Of a stretch of DNA of 64,000 bases, positions 63,358-64,000 are shown one piece after another (position 1 is the first letter of the stretch; each line of letters opens with the position of its first letter). The DNA lies in NCBI GenBank assembly GCA_045655105.1, contig JAZOOQ010000006.1:408-64407 (forward strand), written 5' to 3'. This DNA is from Alphaproteobacteria bacterium. Its GTDB lineage: Bacteria > Pseudomonadota > Alphaproteobacteria > CAAHEQ01 > UBA3637. A program made the translations under genes and the position numbers. Under the pieces are notes generated by a model. That model saw only the letters and a list, made by a program, of their open reading frames with translations, had not been told where the DNA came from and searched no databases.

Positions 63358-63897
63358 ATGCAAATATTAATTTCCGGACAACAAATTAATTTAGGTGATA
63401 ATTTCAGAGTTTATGCTGAAGGCGCAATTGATGCTTCTGTTTCAAAATACTTTGAAGAAGCTGTTAGCGCTGATATTCGTGTAACAAGAGATGGAAGCGA
63501 AATTAAAACAGAATTAACAGTTCATCCAAAAACAGGTGCTGTAATTCGTTCTTCTGCAACATCAGCAGATGCTTATGCTTCTCTTGATGGTGCTGTTTCA
63601 AGATTGTCTCGCCAATTGCGCAAATATAAACACAAATTGGTTGAACATAAAAACGTTGTTGAAATGGCAGATATGTCAGTTATTGAGGCTGTTGCTGAAT
63701 CTGATGAAGCAGTTGATGCCCCTGTAATTATTGCTGAAATGCAAACTGAAATTCCAGTTTGTACAGTGAGTGAAGCTGTTATGCGTATGGATTTGGAAAA
63801 TTTGCCTGCTTTATTGTTTAAAAACACAGCACATGGCGGATTAAACATGGTTTATCGTCGTTCTGATGGTAATATTGGTTGGGTTGATCCGAAATAA
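63358..63897 (+). CDS. hpf: Ribosome hibernation promoting factor (long HPF)
   Basis: N-terminal S30AE-fold sequence (MQILISGQQINLGDNFRVYAE), C-terminal dimerisation domain (LFKNTAHGGLNMVYRRSDGNIGWV). Confidence 0.85.
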   Translation: MQILISGQQINLGDNFRVYAEGAIDASVSKYFEEAVSADIRVTRDGSEIKTELTVHPKTGAVIRSSATSADAYASLDGAVSRLSRQLRKYKHKLVEHKNVVEMADMSVIEAVAESDEAVDAPVIIAEMQTEIPVCTVSEAVMRMDLENLPALLFKNTAHGGLNMVYRRSDGNIGWVDPK

Positions 63898-63908
63898 TAA
63901 TAGGATTT

Positions 63909-64000
63909 ATGATGAAAATTACAGATATTCTGTCTAAAGAAAGTGTGATTGCAGACTTAACAGCAGACAGTAAGAAGAATTTGCTTGAAGAGTTGGCTGA
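63909..64000 (+). CDS. ptsN: PTS IIA-Ntr (PtsN), 5' fragment truncated by the window end
   Basis: MMKITDILSKESVIADLTADSKKNLLEELA is the typical PtsN N-terminus; conserved hpf-ptsN adjacency. Confidence 0.7.
   Translation, partial: MMKITDILSKESVIADLTADSKKNLLEELA

Overview
AT-rich (about 30% GC by eye) alphaproteobacterial chromosome segment. CtrA, ChpT, MipZ, a eukaryote-like type-2 IleRS, TlyC and a duplicated VirB8 with a VirB7 lipoprotein between the copies together suggest an intracellular Rickettsiales/Holosporales-like bacterium. All calls rest on by-eye motif recognition and synteny; no database search or folding program was run. Most of the window is core: rho, ileS, ctrA, alr, rne, amiC, pgm, mipZ, htpG, folD, surA, lptD, xerD, aroK, rsmI, hemW, hpf and ptsN. 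The main candidate for something new is the minus-strand type IV secretion locus at 32.5-49.3 kb. It has the rvh-style order virB8-virB7-virB8-virB9-virB10-virB11, but with four oddities. VirB10 is a 2,200-aa giant carrying about 1,500 aa of a 17-residue tandem repeat, an architecture like H. pylori CagY with an unrelated repeat. VirB9 is fused to a C-terminal SPOR domain through a Met/Tyr/Pro/Gln-rich linker. Six tightly coupled genes for signal-peptide proteins lie upstream, and two of them have VirB5/TrbJ-like mature N-termini. No virD4 follows virB11. Accessory features: two paralogous small serine recombinases. One sits beside an RlmN-fold radical SAM gene and a stand-alone prephenate-dehydratase-like gene. 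The other is divergent from a Pmp-repeat autotransporter, across a 12-bp inverted repeat that brackets a promoter-like segment, which may be a phase switch. An MmeI-like restriction-modification gene is flanked by direct copies of an unidentified GC-rich RNA-like element next to tRNA-Glu. Other oddities: a SucCD pair that has lost its catalytic motifs, a 61-aa stand-alone NrdD-type glycyl-radical domain, a GANTC-rich palindrome cluster, and an in-frame LptF/G-LptD fusion.
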